Shown piece after piece: positions 8,279 through 21,100 of a stretch of DNA of 29,649 nt. The DNA lies in IMG/VR virus record IMGVR_UViG_3300042446_002478, positions 1-29,649 of that record. One strand, 5' to 3'. Position 1 is the stretch's first letter; each line of letters begins with the position of its first letter. Origin of the DNA: a virus. Lineage: Duplodnaviria > Caudoviricetes. The notes below the pieces were generated by a model. It did not search any database, was not told where the DNA came from, and worked only from the letters and a program-made list of their open reading frames with translations. The position numbers and the translations under genes were made by a program.

Positions 8279-8659
8279 ATGGCAATGCAAACATTCATCG
8301 GATTTAACACCATCAATCAGGTCAAGAAGTTTACTCTAACTGACTTCCCGCTGATCAAACAAGACCTGCTGAATGCATTTAACATACGCCAAGGCGAGTT
8401 GCCTGGGCGTCCCGACTACGGCACCATTTTGTGGAACTTTTTGTTTGAAGCACAGATTGAAGAATTACAAAACAACATTGTGAATGAAGTGCAGCGTGTG
8501 GCCGGCGGCGATCCCAGAGTGTTTATTTCTGACATACAGGTGTTCCCCCAAGACAACGGCATGCTGATACAACTTGAACTCACTATCAACCCCACAACAG
8601 ATGCTGAACGACTGAGCATATTTTTTGACATAACCTCTCGACGAGCCAGTTACATTTAA
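8279..8659 (+). CDS. gp25: Baseplate wedge subunit gp25/GPW-like (126 aa)
   Basis: LIKQDLLNAFNIRQGELPGRPDYGTILWNFLFE...DPRV is the classic gp25 motif (GE-x-P-x-x-P-x-[FY]G...LFE...PRV); size and position before gp6 agree. Confidence 0.92.
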   Translation: MAMQTFIGFNTINQVKKFTLTDFPLIKQDLLNAFNIRQGELPGRPDYGTILWNFLFEAQIEELQNNIVNEVQRVAGGDPRVFISDIQVFPQDNGMLIQLELTINPTTDAERLSIFFDITSRRASYI

Positions 8660-8684
8660 CTATAACTACGCCGTTTTGTGTAGC

Positions 8685-8692
8685 CATAAATA
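8685..8692 (+). promoter_or_regulatory. Putative late promoter (CATAAATA)
   Basis: 7/8 match to the T4 late consensus TATAAATA in the 60-nt gap before gp6, ending 27 nt upstream of the ATG. Confidence 0.65.
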
Positions 8693-8719
8693 AATCAAAG
8701 GTACACAAGGTTTCAAAGA

Positions 8720-11700
8720 ATGGCAACAACCACACGACAAACAGCTATATTTGGTGTTGAGGACTGGAAACAGATCTATCAAACCTATCGAGAAGCTGAC
8801 TTCCAAAGCTACGATTTTGAAACTCTACGCAAGAGTTTTGTTGACTATTTGCGCTTGTATTACCCAGAAACGTTCAATGACTACATTGAAAGTTCAGAAT
8901 TTATTGCGCTGCTGGATGTTATTGCGTTCATGGGACAAGCACTGGCTTTTCGTACTGATCTCAACACCCGTGAAAATTACCTAGACACCGCAGAACGTCA
9001 AGACTCAGTCAATCGTCTTGCTGACCTGGTCAGTTACACTGCCAAACGCAACACTGCGTCAGAAGGTCTGCTCAAAGTGTTCTCAGTGGTCACTACCGAA
9101 AACGTTGTGGACTATAACGGTATTAATCTTTCCAATGTCACAGTGGACTGGGCTGATCCTACCAACCCTGACTGGCAAGAACAATTCACAGCAATTATCA
9201 ATGCTAGTCTAGTGGACACACAAAAAATTGGCCGTCCTGGAAATCGTCAGACACTGCTGGGTGTTCGCACTGATGAATATGCTATTAATCTAGTGCCTGG
9301 CTTTTTGCCAGTGATTCCCTACGCATCCACAGTTGACGGCATAAACATGCCGTTTGAAGCAGTGACTTCAACCTCAGTTGGTGAAGATTATTTGTACGAA
9401 CCAAGCCCGCAGCCTAATCAACCTTTTAATATGTTGTTCCGTAATGATCAACTGGGATTCAGTTCAAACAACACAGGATATTTTTTCTTGTTCAAGCAAG
9501 GGGTGTTGCAAAATCAAGATTTCAACTTGGCCGAACGCATTGCAAACCGCACAGTAAACATCAACGTTGAAGGTATCAACAATCAAGACCGTTGGTTGTT
9601 CCAGTTGGACAATGTTGGTACAATCAGCCGCGAGTGGCAGTATGTGGAAAACGTTTACTCTGCTGGTGCAGAACAGCTGGGCACAACACTGCGTCCAATC
9701 TACAGTGTGACCAGCCGTGTCAACGATCAAATTACCATGGTGTTTGGTGACGGCGTGTTCAGTGAGATTCCAGTAGGCACCTTCCGTGCTTATGTACGAG
9801 CCAGCAACGGTTTGCAATACATTATCAATCCTGAAGAGATGCAAGCAGTTACCTTGCCAATCAGCTACATCAGTCGTTCAGGCAATCTTGAAACTATCAC
9901 ATTCACCTGCGGTATCACACAGCCTGTGAGCAACAGTCAGTCTCGTGAGCCCATAGCTGAAATCAAGCAACGAGCTCCTGCTCGTTACTACACACAGAAT
10001 CGCATGGTCAACGGAGAAGACTACAACCTTTTCCCGTACACACAATACAACAGTATTCTTAAATCAAAAGCAGTGAATCGTGCCAGCATTGGTACAAGTC
10101 GATACCTGGACCTGGTAGACAACACTGGCAAATACAGTTCAACCAATACATTTGGTAGTGACGGCGGCATTTGGGAACAACTGATACTGCCAACAATTAA
10201 TTTTACCTGGGACACACGCAACGAAATTGCTGATGTGATCACCAATCAAGTGCAGCCGCAGATAGGTGAATCAACCATGCGTCAGTTCTACTACGCCAAC
10301 TTTCCTCGTCAGAGTGTGAACACTGGTTCAACACTGGGCAGCACCTGGCAGCAGAGCACAACACTGGCCAACGAGACCACTGGCTATTTTAAAAATGCCG
10401 CAGGAACACCTATTCCTGTTGGAATATCAGCTGGCACACTGAATCCGTTCTATTACGCCATTGTGGGCAGTTTGATCAAGTTTGTTCCTCCTGCTGGATA
10501 CTATTTTGATCGCAACAATAGATTGGTGCAAGGTAGTCCTACCCGTGCTGATGAAAGATTAGAAATATGGGCAAGTCCCATGGATGTGATTGCTGACGGC
10601 ATGAACAACGGCCTTGGTAATTTATCGTCTGGTGCCGGTCCAATTACCATCAATAACTTTGTGCCAACAGGCGCTGTAGTAGACACTATCATTCCATTAT
10701 TTGTGACTGACTTGCCCCTGGATCTTGAAACCACAATAAGTGAACAAATTGTTTTGTATCGCAATTTTGGTCTTGGCTATGACAATGACGGCAGCGTTAC
10801 TGGCACGGCATATTCCTGGTATCTGATTACCAGCACAAACTTGGATCAAGATGCCACTTGGAGCCAGGCCAATGCTGGCAGTCAAACTGGCCAAGGGCTT
10901 GATGCATCATGGTTGATACAGTTTGTGACAGCAAACAACAACTACACCATCACGTTCCGTGGTCTGGCCTACAGCTTTGGAAGTGTACTGCAAACACGAT
11001 TCTTCTTTTATGACGGACAACAAGTTTACGATAGTCGCACAGGAACTGTGATCAAAGATTACATCAATTGTTTAGCAGTTAACACTCAGCCTGATTCAAC
11101 TGAAAGTCTGCCCGGCGACATCATAATGACCATTATTGGTCAGCCGGTTGAAAGCGACGGGTATGTAGATGACTTCCAGGTCCTGGTCAGCTATCGTGAC
11201 AGTGACAACGACGGCGTTCCTGACAATCCTGATTTCTTTAATGAAATTGTTGCACCTGGTGTAAACTCCACTCAAAAATATGTGTTCTTGCAACAAACTG
11301 TGGACTTTGATAACTTGCAACGATACTTGCTGGTAGAACCTGAACGAGTCACCAGCGACTACGCCACTCTAGATGACATTGAATTGGTCAAGAGTGAGTG
11401 GAGTCCTGGACAAGTGTTCTATGCTTACAATCAAGTCAACAACGATGGCACCACGGGTGCATTTTATGAACTCAGTATTGGAGCCACGGGTGTTAGAACA
11501 ATTGTGGCAGTAGACGGATGGATTGCCAGAACTGGACGACAAAGTTTGTACTATCAGTATCGTCATAATAGTCCCCTTACCAATCGTATTGATCCTGGCA
11601 CAACCAACATCATTGACTTGTATGTTGCAACACAGGCTTATTATACTGCGTATCAAAACTGGATTCGTGACACCACAAACACTGTGCCAAAACCTGATGT

Positions 11701-12178
11701 GCCGACCATTGACGAACTTAACACTGCATATCAAGGCCTGCAAAATTACAAGATGATCAGCGACAACATTGTCATGAACTCGGTGCAATTTAAACCGCTG
11801 TTTGGCGCCAAAGCTGCACCCGAATTACGTGCAACTATCAAAGTTATTAGAGCCAGTAATTCTACTGCGTCCATCAGTGAGATCAAGAGTTCAGTGGTTG
11901 CAGAAATGAACAGCTACTTTAGCATTGACAAATGGAATTTTGGCGACACCTTTTACTTCTCAGAAGTATCAGCATATTTGCACAGCCAGTTGGGAACTAT
12001 TATTAGTTCAGTGGTCCTGGTACCGCTGAATACCCAAAAGAGCTTTGGTGATCTGTATGAAATCAGATCAGCTCCCAATGAGTTGTTTGTAAATGCAGCA
12101 ACCATTGACAACATAGAAGTGATTGACGCTTTGACCAGCACTAACTTACGTACAGCACCAGGAAGCGGAGTAATCTAA
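8720..12178 (+). CDS. gp6: Baseplate wedge subunit gp6 / baseplate-J-like, enlarged (1152 aa)
   Basis: DFETLRK...[19 protein letters not shown]...[13 protein letters not shown]-x-RLA...Y; FGDGVF...P-x-G; [22 protein letters not shown] are gp6/J-family signatures; follows gp25. Confidence 0.9.
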   Translation: MATTTRQTAIFGVEDWKQIYQTYREADFQSYDFETLRKSFVDYLRLYYPETFNDYIESSEFIALLDVIAFMGQALAFRTDLNTRENYLDTAERQDSVNRLADLVSYTAKRNTASEGLLKVFSVVTTENVVDYNGINLSNVTVDWADPTNPDWQEQFTAIINASLVDTQKIGRPGNRQTLLGVRTDEYAINLVPGFLPVIPYASTVDGINMPFEAVTSTSVGEDYLYEPSPQPNQPFNMLFRNDQLGFSSNNTGYFFLFKQGVLQNQDFNLAERIANRTVNINVEGINNQDRWLFQLDNVGTISREWQYVENVYSAGAEQLGTTLRPIYSVTSRVNDQITMVFGDGVFSEIPVGTFRAYVRASNGLQYIINPEEMQAVTLPISYISRSGNLETITFTCGITQPVSNSQSREPIAEIKQRAPARYYTQNRMVNGEDYNLFPYTQYNSILKSKAVNRASIGTSRYLDLVDNTGKYSSTNTFGSDGGIWEQLILPTINFTWDTRNEIADVITNQVQPQIGESTMRQFYYANFPRQSVNTGSTLGSTWQQSTTLANETTGYFKNAAGTPIPVGISAGTLNPFYYAIVGSLIKFVPPAGYYFDRNNRLVQGSPTRADERLEIWASPMDVIADGMNNGLGNLSSGAGPITINNFVPTGAVVDTIIPLFVTDLPLDLETTISEQIVLYRNFGLGYDNDGSVTGTAYSWYLITSTNLDQDATWSQANAGSQTGQGLDASWLIQFVTANNNYTITFRGLAYSFGSVLQTRFFFYDGQQVYDSRTGTVIKDYINCLAVNTQPDSTESLPGDIIMTIIGQPVESDGYVDDFQVLVSYRDSDNDGVPDNPDFFNEIVAPGVNSTQKYVFLQQTVDFDNLQRYLLVEPERVTSDYATLDDIELVKSEWSPGQVFYAYNQVNNDGTTGAFYELSIGATGVRTIVAVDGWIARTGRQSLYYQYRHNSPLTNRIDPGTTNIIDLYVATQAYYTAYQNWIRDTTNTVPKPDVPTIDELNTAYQGLQNYKMISDNIVMNSVQFKPLFGAKAAPELRATIKVIRASNSTASISEIKSSVVAEMNSYFSIDKWNFGDTFYFSEVSAYLHSQLGTIISSVVLVPLNTQKSFGDLYEIRSAPNELFVNAATIDNIEVIDALTSTNLRTAPGSGVI

Positions 12179-15100
12179 TGGCAACTACTCGTTCGGTAGA
12201 CTTTCTCCCACAGATTTTTCAGACTGAAACCAACAAGCAGTTTTTGGCTGCTACCTTGGACCAACTGATTCAAGAACCTAGATTTAAAAAAACACAAGGT
12301 TATATTGGCCGCACAGTGGGCCCTGGCATAAACCCCAATGACAAATATGTGGTTGAACCAAGTACCACTCGTGCAAACTATCAACTTGAGCCAGGTGTTA
12401 TCAGTCTTGAGCCAGATACTGATAAAATTAAAAATGCAATCACCTACCCCGGGATCAATGATGCTGTGCAATTCAACGGCGGCAATGAAACACGACCAGA
12501 TCGACTGTATACCAGTGAGTACTATACCTGGGATCCGTTTGTAAATTTTGATACTTTTGTAAACTTCAGTCAGTACTTTTGGTTGCCTGACGGTCCTGCT
12601 GCGGTAGACGTGGCAGCCACAGGCGTTCCCACCACTGACAACTTTGTGGTCAATCGAGAAAATGGTGTTTACACATTCTCAGGTGTGTCTGGCAACAATC
12701 CTGTGATTGAATTGGTACGGGGCGGAAGCTACACTTTTCAAGTGGCACAAAATGCCAAAGAAACAGTGAACTATCGAGTGTCCAATGTTGGAATATCAGC
12801 TTATCAAATTGATTATCAGTCTAATCCGTCACTGACACTGGCTCGTGGCAACACATATGTGTTCAATCTAAATCTCAATGGTGACTATCCTTTTTGGATC
12901 AAAACAGCAGCCACCACCGGAGTTGGCGATGCCTATAACTCTGGAGTGAGTCGCAACGGTGCCTTGATTGGACTAGTGACATTTGTTGTGCCGCAAGATG
13001 CACCTGACACACTGTACTATGCCAGTCAAACACAGGCCAACATGCAAGGCGTTCTCAACATTGTTGACGGAGATCCCGGCACTGGCCCGGGTTTTTGGAT
13101 ACAGGCCGCCCCTGGTATTTCTGGCAAATTGCCCACCACTCCCAATATCAGTTCACGAGATGTGTTGGGAGTGGTCAACAATGGTGAAGATCTTGGACAA
13201 ATCACATTCAATGTTCCTTTAAAAACTGCACAGTCTTTTTACTACGGCTTGACAGATTTTGGTACAGTAGATTTAATTTGCGATCTCAAATTCAATCAAA
13301 TCAACAATGTGTCTGTTGAAGAGTTTATGTCTGCCTACGGCGGCATTGACGGGATTACCAATCTCAACGGTCGTACCTTGGTATTCACCGAACCTCTTAC
13401 TGATGCAGAGGCCGGTGGCTGGCAACAAACCACTTTGTATGATCCGTTGCCAGAGAACAGCACATTCAATGCTCAACCAGGCAGTTTTGACACTACGTTT
13501 TTTGATCAAACAACTGACATTGCCCCGGCAGACCGTTATCAGTTATGGCAGATTAGTTATGTGACACAGGGGGCATACACCTACATGACTTTGGTTAAAA
13601 CCAACACAATACCTAATCTCAACAAGTTTAGAATTTTGTACGGTTCAACCTACAGCAGCACACAATGGTACAAGAACAACACAGGTTTGTTTGAACAAAT
13701 TCCATTGCTGACTGCAATACAAGATACATTGTATTATCAAGATGGCACGGATCCAGAAATTTTTGGACGTATTAAATTGTTAGAACAAGCGTCTGCCAGC
13801 ACAATAGACGTTGACGAAATTTTAGGACAAGCAAATTACACCAGTCCCAACGGTGTGGCATTTACCAATGGCCTCAAAGTTAAATTTATCGGCGATGTGA
13901 TTCCGGCCACTTACGCATCTGGCACGTTTAACTTGCTGTGTACGTCAGCAGAATTTGGTACAAACTACATCACCACAGCCAGCACCGCTGGTTTATATGT
14001 GGGCGAGCAGATTAATTTTTCAACACCAACCATTGGAGGAATTGCTCCGGGAACTTACTATATTCAGAGTGTTGCTCCTAACGGAATACAATTTACTATC
14101 TCTGCTCAACAGTATGGTCCACCAGTTGTTCTATCGCCGGGCGCAGCAAACGTCACAGCCATTGTGACCAGCAATTTAGAATACTATGTGAGCAACGTGG
14201 GCACTGCAATTGAGTTATTGCCAGTGACTGACTATATAACTCCTGAAACTTACGTGGTCGATAGCAATAGCACTACCATAAATGCTGAACCAGATACACT
14301 GGATTACTTAACTATTGATCGTGCCAGCAAAGATCTAAACCCATGGACTCGTAGCAATCGTTGGTTCCACCTTGATGTTATCAATGCCACGGCTGAATAC
14401 AACAATACCACCGCAGTTTTTGACAATGCCTATAGGGCCAAACGACCAATCATTGAGTTTCGGCCAGGCGTTAGACTCTGGAACATGGGAACTGATGGCA
14501 AACAGCCAGTTGACATAATTGACTTTGAAGAAACTGATGCTTTTAGTAATATACAAGGCTCTACTGGTTATACCGTTGATGGATACGAACTGATTGACGG
14601 TAGTAGAATTATTTTTGCAGCCGACGAAGACGTTGATGTCAAAAACAAAATCTATGTGGTGAGTTTTATTAATCCAGACACTGTGAGTCCGTTGATTTCA
14701 CAACCCATTATCAATTTGACTTTGGCGTCCGACGGTGTAGTCTTGGCCGACCAGTCTACTGTGTGTGTTGCTGGCGACACTCTAGTGGGACTGACCTTTT
14801 GGTTTGATGGCACTGACTGGGCCCAAGCACAACAAAAAACTGGAGTACAACAATCTCCGCTGTTTAACGTCTATGATCCTACTGGTGTGAGTTTTGGTGA
14901 CCAAACAAAATATCAAAGTTCAACCTTTGCTGGCAGCAAGTTGTTTAGTTACGCAGTTGGAGACACAGGCATTCTTGACCCTGTGCTGCAATTTCCGTTG
15001 CAATACTTGAACATCAACAACGTTGGAGACATTGTGTTTGAAAACAATCTATACAAAGATACATTCTTGTATGTGTTGGACAACGCCAGCGTAACATCAA

Positions 15101-18100
15101 ATATCAGTTCAGGCAGTGTACGTGATTACACTTCGCGGGTTCTTTACAATCGCGAAATTGGATGGCAAACAGCAGCAAGCGAAAGCCAGATTCGTCAGCA
15201 ATTTAAATTTTCATATTCTGGTGCAACACTGAAGCTGGATGTGCGAGTTGACGATTTGCTAAACAACATACCACCAATCAAATTGTATGTGGGTTCAGTG
15301 TTTCAGGCACCAAGTACTTACAGCTACACTACAACCAGCAACAGTACCACCATTACACTGAGCAAAACTTATGTGCTTGGCGATATTATTGAAGTAGCAG
15401 CTCTCAGCAGTCAAACCAGTCAAGTGGCTTTTTATCAAGTGCCGATCAACTTGCAGAACAATCCATTAAACGGCAACAGTGATAGTTTTACTTTGGGTAC
15501 AATTCGTACTCATTACGAAAGTATCTGTGAAAATTTAACCACTGTGGTTGGAACCATCAATGGAGCCAACAACACACGAGATCTTGGAAATATTGTTCCT
15601 TATGGCCTGACTATTCTGCAACAAAGCGCACCATTGACACTGGCTGGATATTTCATGCGCAGCCCAACATTCAATGTGTTCAGTTCGTTGAACTACAACG
15701 ATCGCGAATACAACAAGTTCAAGTATCAATTGTTGGACGCAGTTACCAAACAAAATATTGAGTTTAATACCACTGCTCAAGTGTTGGACACAGCCATTGA
15801 AGAAATTACACTGGGTCGAGTTGAAACACAACCTTTTTATTGGTCAGACATGTTGCCCAGTGGTGCAGTATACACCACCACAAACTATACAGTGAGTTTG
15901 ACCAGCACAAATACCTTTGATACAGTACAAGTTTACAACTATACGTCAGCAAACTATCTTGGAATGAATGTGTATCTCAACGATGTAATTCTTACTCGTG
16001 GTATTGATTACACTGTGCCAGCTGACGGCCCACGTATTGTGGTCAGCGCCACATTAACACTAGGTGATCAGTTGACCATTCAAGAATACACTGCAACCTA
16101 CGGTAGCTTTGTACCCAACACACCTACCAAAATGGGCCTGTATGCTGCGTATGTGCCTGGCATTCTTACTGAACAAACCAGCACTGGATTTACCCAGGTT
16201 ATTCAAGGTCATGACGGATCTATTACACCAATTTTTGGAGACCTGCGTGACGACGTATTGTTGGAGTTTGAAACTAGAATTTACAACAATCTCAAACTTG
16301 ATGGCAATCCAGTTCCAATGACCATATACGATGTGTTACCAGGACAGTTTAGAGACACTGGTTTCACCTACGCTGAAATTAGTTCAGTGTTCAACGAAGA
16401 CTTCTTGAACTATGTAGGTGGCAACAAGCTGGATTATAAATCTCAACAGTACAGCGCTACCAATCAGTTTACCTGGAACTACAGTTCTGCACAAAACAAA
16501 CTCAACAACGAAACTCTGTTGGGCGCCTGGCGCGGCATCTATCGTTATTTTTATGACACTGAACAACCTCAGTTTACTCCTTGGGAGATGTTGGGCATTA
16601 CTGAACAACCGTCTTGGTGGGAACTCACATATGGACCTGCTCCGTATACCTCTGGTAATACTGTGTTATGGGATGATTTGGAAGCTGGCCTAGTAAATGA
16701 TCCAGTTGCTCCTTATATAAAAACTGATTTTGCGCGACCTGGCCTGAGTCAAGTGATTCCAGTTGATAACGAAGGCAACTTGTTGAGCCCGTTTGATTCT
16801 GTGGTAGGAACATACAATCAAACTCAATTCCAGAAAAGTTGGGCATCAGGAGATGGCAGTCCAGTTGAAGCGTCCTGGTGGAACAGCAGTAGCTATCCAT
16901 TTGCAGTGATGCAAGTGTTGGCAGTAACTCGCCCAGCCAGGTTCTTTGCATTGTTTGCTGACCGTGATTTGTATCGTTACAGCGAAGAATATGGTCAGTA
17001 CCTGTACAATGAGCGATATCGCCTGGATGCAAACGGCATTGAAGTTTATGGTGATGGCACAAGCAAAGCCAGTTATATCAACTGGATAGTAGACTACAAT
17101 CGTCAGACTGGTGTTAACTCCACAACAGAACTCACAGCTGATCTCAAGAGTCTGGATGTGCGACTGTGTTATAGAATGGCCAGCTTTAGCGACAAACAGT
17201 ACATCAAGATTTACACTGAAAAGTCCAGTCCTAATTCAACCAATACTGCACTGTTGATACCTGACGAAAGTTATGACTTGTTGTTGTATAAAAATCAGCC
17301 GTTTGATCGTTCTACCTACTCTGCGGTGGTTGTGCAAAAAGTTGACAATGGATATTCTGTATTTGGATATGGCACAAGTTTGCCTTATTTCAATATTCTT
17401 GAAAGCAAAGCAACTGGATTGCTGCAAACAATCACATCTGGCGGGGTATCTGTTCGTGTGCCCACGTTCTATACCAACAACGTAACACAAGTTCCGTATG
17501 GCTTTATTTTCACAAATGAAACCAGTGTTTGCGATTTCTTACTGAGTTATGGCAAGTTATTGGAAAGAGAAGGCCTGACCTTTACTGATCAGTCCAACGG
17601 TTATGTATTGACCTGGAATCAAATGTGTCAAGAATTCTTGTACTGGAGTCAGCAAGGATGGGACACTAATGCATTGTTGAACTTGAACCCATTGGCATTG
17701 AAACTTACTGTTACAAGAGATCAAGCAATTGTTGACAGCATCCAAGTACAAACAATTGACAATGTTCTGCTGGATCAGAATCGTAGAGAACTAAACACTC
17801 GTAATCTCAATATTGTACGTATTGGAAATACCTTCAGTTGCGAGCCATTGACTAATCAAACCTTGAGCTTTATTGATCTCAAGTTTACAACATACGAACA
17901 CATGATTGTATTAAACAATCAAAGTGTGTTTGGCGATTTAATTTATGCACCAATCACTGGCGCACGACAAAGTCGATTGAATTTGGTTTGTGTGAATACT
18001 ACTGACTGGACTGGACAAGTTGATGCTCCTGGATTTATTCTCAATCAAGACAATGTTGAAGAATGGACAGGATTACGTACCTACGCAAAAGGCGAAATTG

Positions 18101-21100
18101 TCAAGTACAAGAATGTGTATTGGTCAGCGCTGACTATTGTTCAACCCAGTATCAAGTTTAATTTCGGCGACTGGACACAAAGTGATTACACACAGCTTGA
18201 ACTGGGACTATTGCCCAATTTGAGCAACAAAGCCAATCAGTTGACCAACACTTACGACATCAATTCGGCCAACATTGAACGTGACACCGATTTGTTGTCT
18301 TATGGCCTGATTGGATTCCGTCCTCGTCAGTACATGGCAGCACTAAATCTTGACGACGTGAGTCAGGTCAATGTGTACCGTCAGTTCTTGGGGTCCAAAG
18401 GCACAATCCTTAGTGCTGAGTTGTTTGCCAATGCCAATCTTGGCAAGGAAGCTGCTGACTACGACATTTATGAAAACTGGGCAGTTCAACGTGCTGTGTA
18501 CGGTGCAAATGCTAACCGTAGCTTTTTTGAATTACGATTGAATCGTGCATTGTTAAATTCTAATCCCAGCCTGGTACAAGTGGTTTTGCCTGGACAAGAA
18601 TCCGAAGCTGACCAGCCAATACTGTTAAGTGATGTATGGCGTCAAAGTTACAAGTTAACCAGTCCAAATATTTTACCAACCACAACAGAGCCAATTACTG
18701 ACGCAGCATTGCCCACAGCTGGCTATGTTAATCTCAATGATGCTGACATCACAGTGTTTGATATCAACGATCTTGCCAATGTCAATGCAAACATTGACAG
18801 CATTGGTGTAGGGACCAGCATTTGGGTTGCCAAAGTAAACAACTACGACTGGAACATTTATCGTGCGCAAGCAGTGCCAGGCGCCATTCAACACGTTTGT
18901 GACAACTTGGACAATACCAGTCGTGTGATCTTTAGTCAACAACACGGTCTTGTTGCAGGCGACACCTTGATTATCAAATTCTTTGACGTAGAAGTTGATG
19001 GAGTGTATGAAGTGGTGAGTGTGCCTAACCTTACCACAGTAAATATTGCGTTCCAGTTTGCAGGAGATCGTGTGGTTGCAAATGGCACAGGACTTGGATT
19101 TACTTTGCAAACAATGCGTGTGGCACAAGCAAGCGACATCGTGAACTTGCCATACGCTAATGATATACTTCCAGGTGCCAAAGTTTGGGTAGACAACAAT
19201 GGATCTAACAACTGGGAAGTTCTTGAAAAACAAGAAGTGTTTACAGATGTTGCACAAATTAGTCCACTAGTATTGGACGCAACTGAACACTTTGGATCCA
19301 GTGTTGCACAAGCAACAAACCGTCTGGCCATGTTGGTTGGCAGTCCTCGTTACAATCATGGCAGCGGCAGCAATACTGGCGCAGTGTATGTGTATGTAAA
19401 AAATTATGGCGATCAGTATTCACCAGTAAGTCCTTTGGCCGACGCTGACGGAATTCTTTCTTTGACAATCACAGGAGCCAGAGGATTTGGCAATGCTGTG
19501 GATTTTGGCAATCAAGAATGGGCAGCAGCAGGCGCCAGTGCCAGCTGGGGACCAAACGGTGTTGGTGAAGCCAATTCAGGATATGCTACGGTTATCTATC
19601 GAGATCCTGCACTGGGACAACCAGGTGTTAATCCTTATGCAGTTTGGCAATTGCTAACACAGCCTGGCACAACCACCAGCACCACACCGGGTGCTGGAGA
19701 ATTTGGCTACAGCGTGGTCATGAGTCTTGACGAACGTTGGATGTATATTGGTGCACCTGGACTCAATCAGGTACACGCTTATGGTCGAGTAGACTGGGAA
19801 CAACAAGTTGTCAAAGCTCTAGGTGATGACAGCACTGCCAGTTATGACATTTCACAGACAATTCAAATTGACAACGATTCTCAATTGATTGTTACTATTG
19901 ATGGGCAGGTGCAGTTGTTGGGCACAGACTACACTGTTACATTTGCTGGTGGTGCGTACACCACCGTGGTATTCACTACTGCGCCAGCAGCTGGAACTTT
20001 GGTTAATATCACTAGAATCTATGCCAAACAACTGGACGCACAAACTTATTTTGACGTGACTCAAAGTGCAACTTCTGGTGTTGGAGTTGGTGCTGAGTTT
20101 ACTGTAGTTCGTGTTCGTAACGAAGTAGGACAACCTGGTTCAGTTTCGGGCACTGTTGGGGTAACAACTGCTGGCAGCGGATATGGTGTTGGTAACACCG
20201 TAACTATTGCTTCTGCCAGTTTTGGTGGTCAAGCAAACATTGTGCTAACAATAACAAGCATCAGTGGCACAGGCGGCATCACAGGATTTAACATTGCTTA
20301 TGTTCCAGTGAGCTTGACCACAGTGTTTAGTCTAAATGAAGTATTTTTCACAGTTGACAATATCTACTCGTTCAGTATCACAGTTGATGGCATAATGTAT
20401 CGTCCCAACATTGATTACACATACAATGTTGGCACAGGTGATATTACTTTTGTAACTGTTCCAGCAGCAGGCACCACAATTGTTGCCAATGCCCAGGGTT
20501 ATTTTGAATATGTCAACACTCTAACTGATGCTGGTCTCTCTGCAGGAGATCGTTTTGGACAAAGTGTAAGTTGCTCAACTGATGGTCGCCAGGTAATGAT
20601 TGGTGCTCCTGATAAAACAGTAAATGGCGAAGTTGAAGCAGGTGCAGTGTATGTGTTTGATCGAGATGTACAGAGATTTATTGCTAGTGGCACAACCAAT
20701 GTCTTTACATTGCTTGGCACAGTGACCGGACCAGTTAGCGTAATTCAGAACAATGTGTTCCTGGTCAATCAAGACGACAGTATAGTTGATGCAGCCAACA
20801 CATTTGTATGGAACGGCTCCAATACAATAACCATCAATGGTACTGTAGCAGTTGGTGATGTGATCGAAATTGAAACCAACCAGTTTTCACTGATACAAAC
20901 AATCACTCAAGCCACTGTGGCTGAATTTTCAAACTTTGGTCAAAGTGTAGATTTGTGTGCTTACAATTGCAGTTTGTATGTGGGTGAGCCACAAAGCAGT
21001 ATTCAAATCTTCAAAGGTGGTGTAGTAGAGCGTGCAGTAAATCAAAGTCGTGTGTACGGAACTATCACCGCAGGTGTTGCTAATCCCTCACTAACTGCTG

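Noticed and set aside
3011-12292. A7 runs near 3011, 4068 and 12286 as programmed frameshift sites
   Set aside because: They encode Lys-Lys within intact ORFs, and no meaningful alternative-frame product or stimulatory structure is evident.
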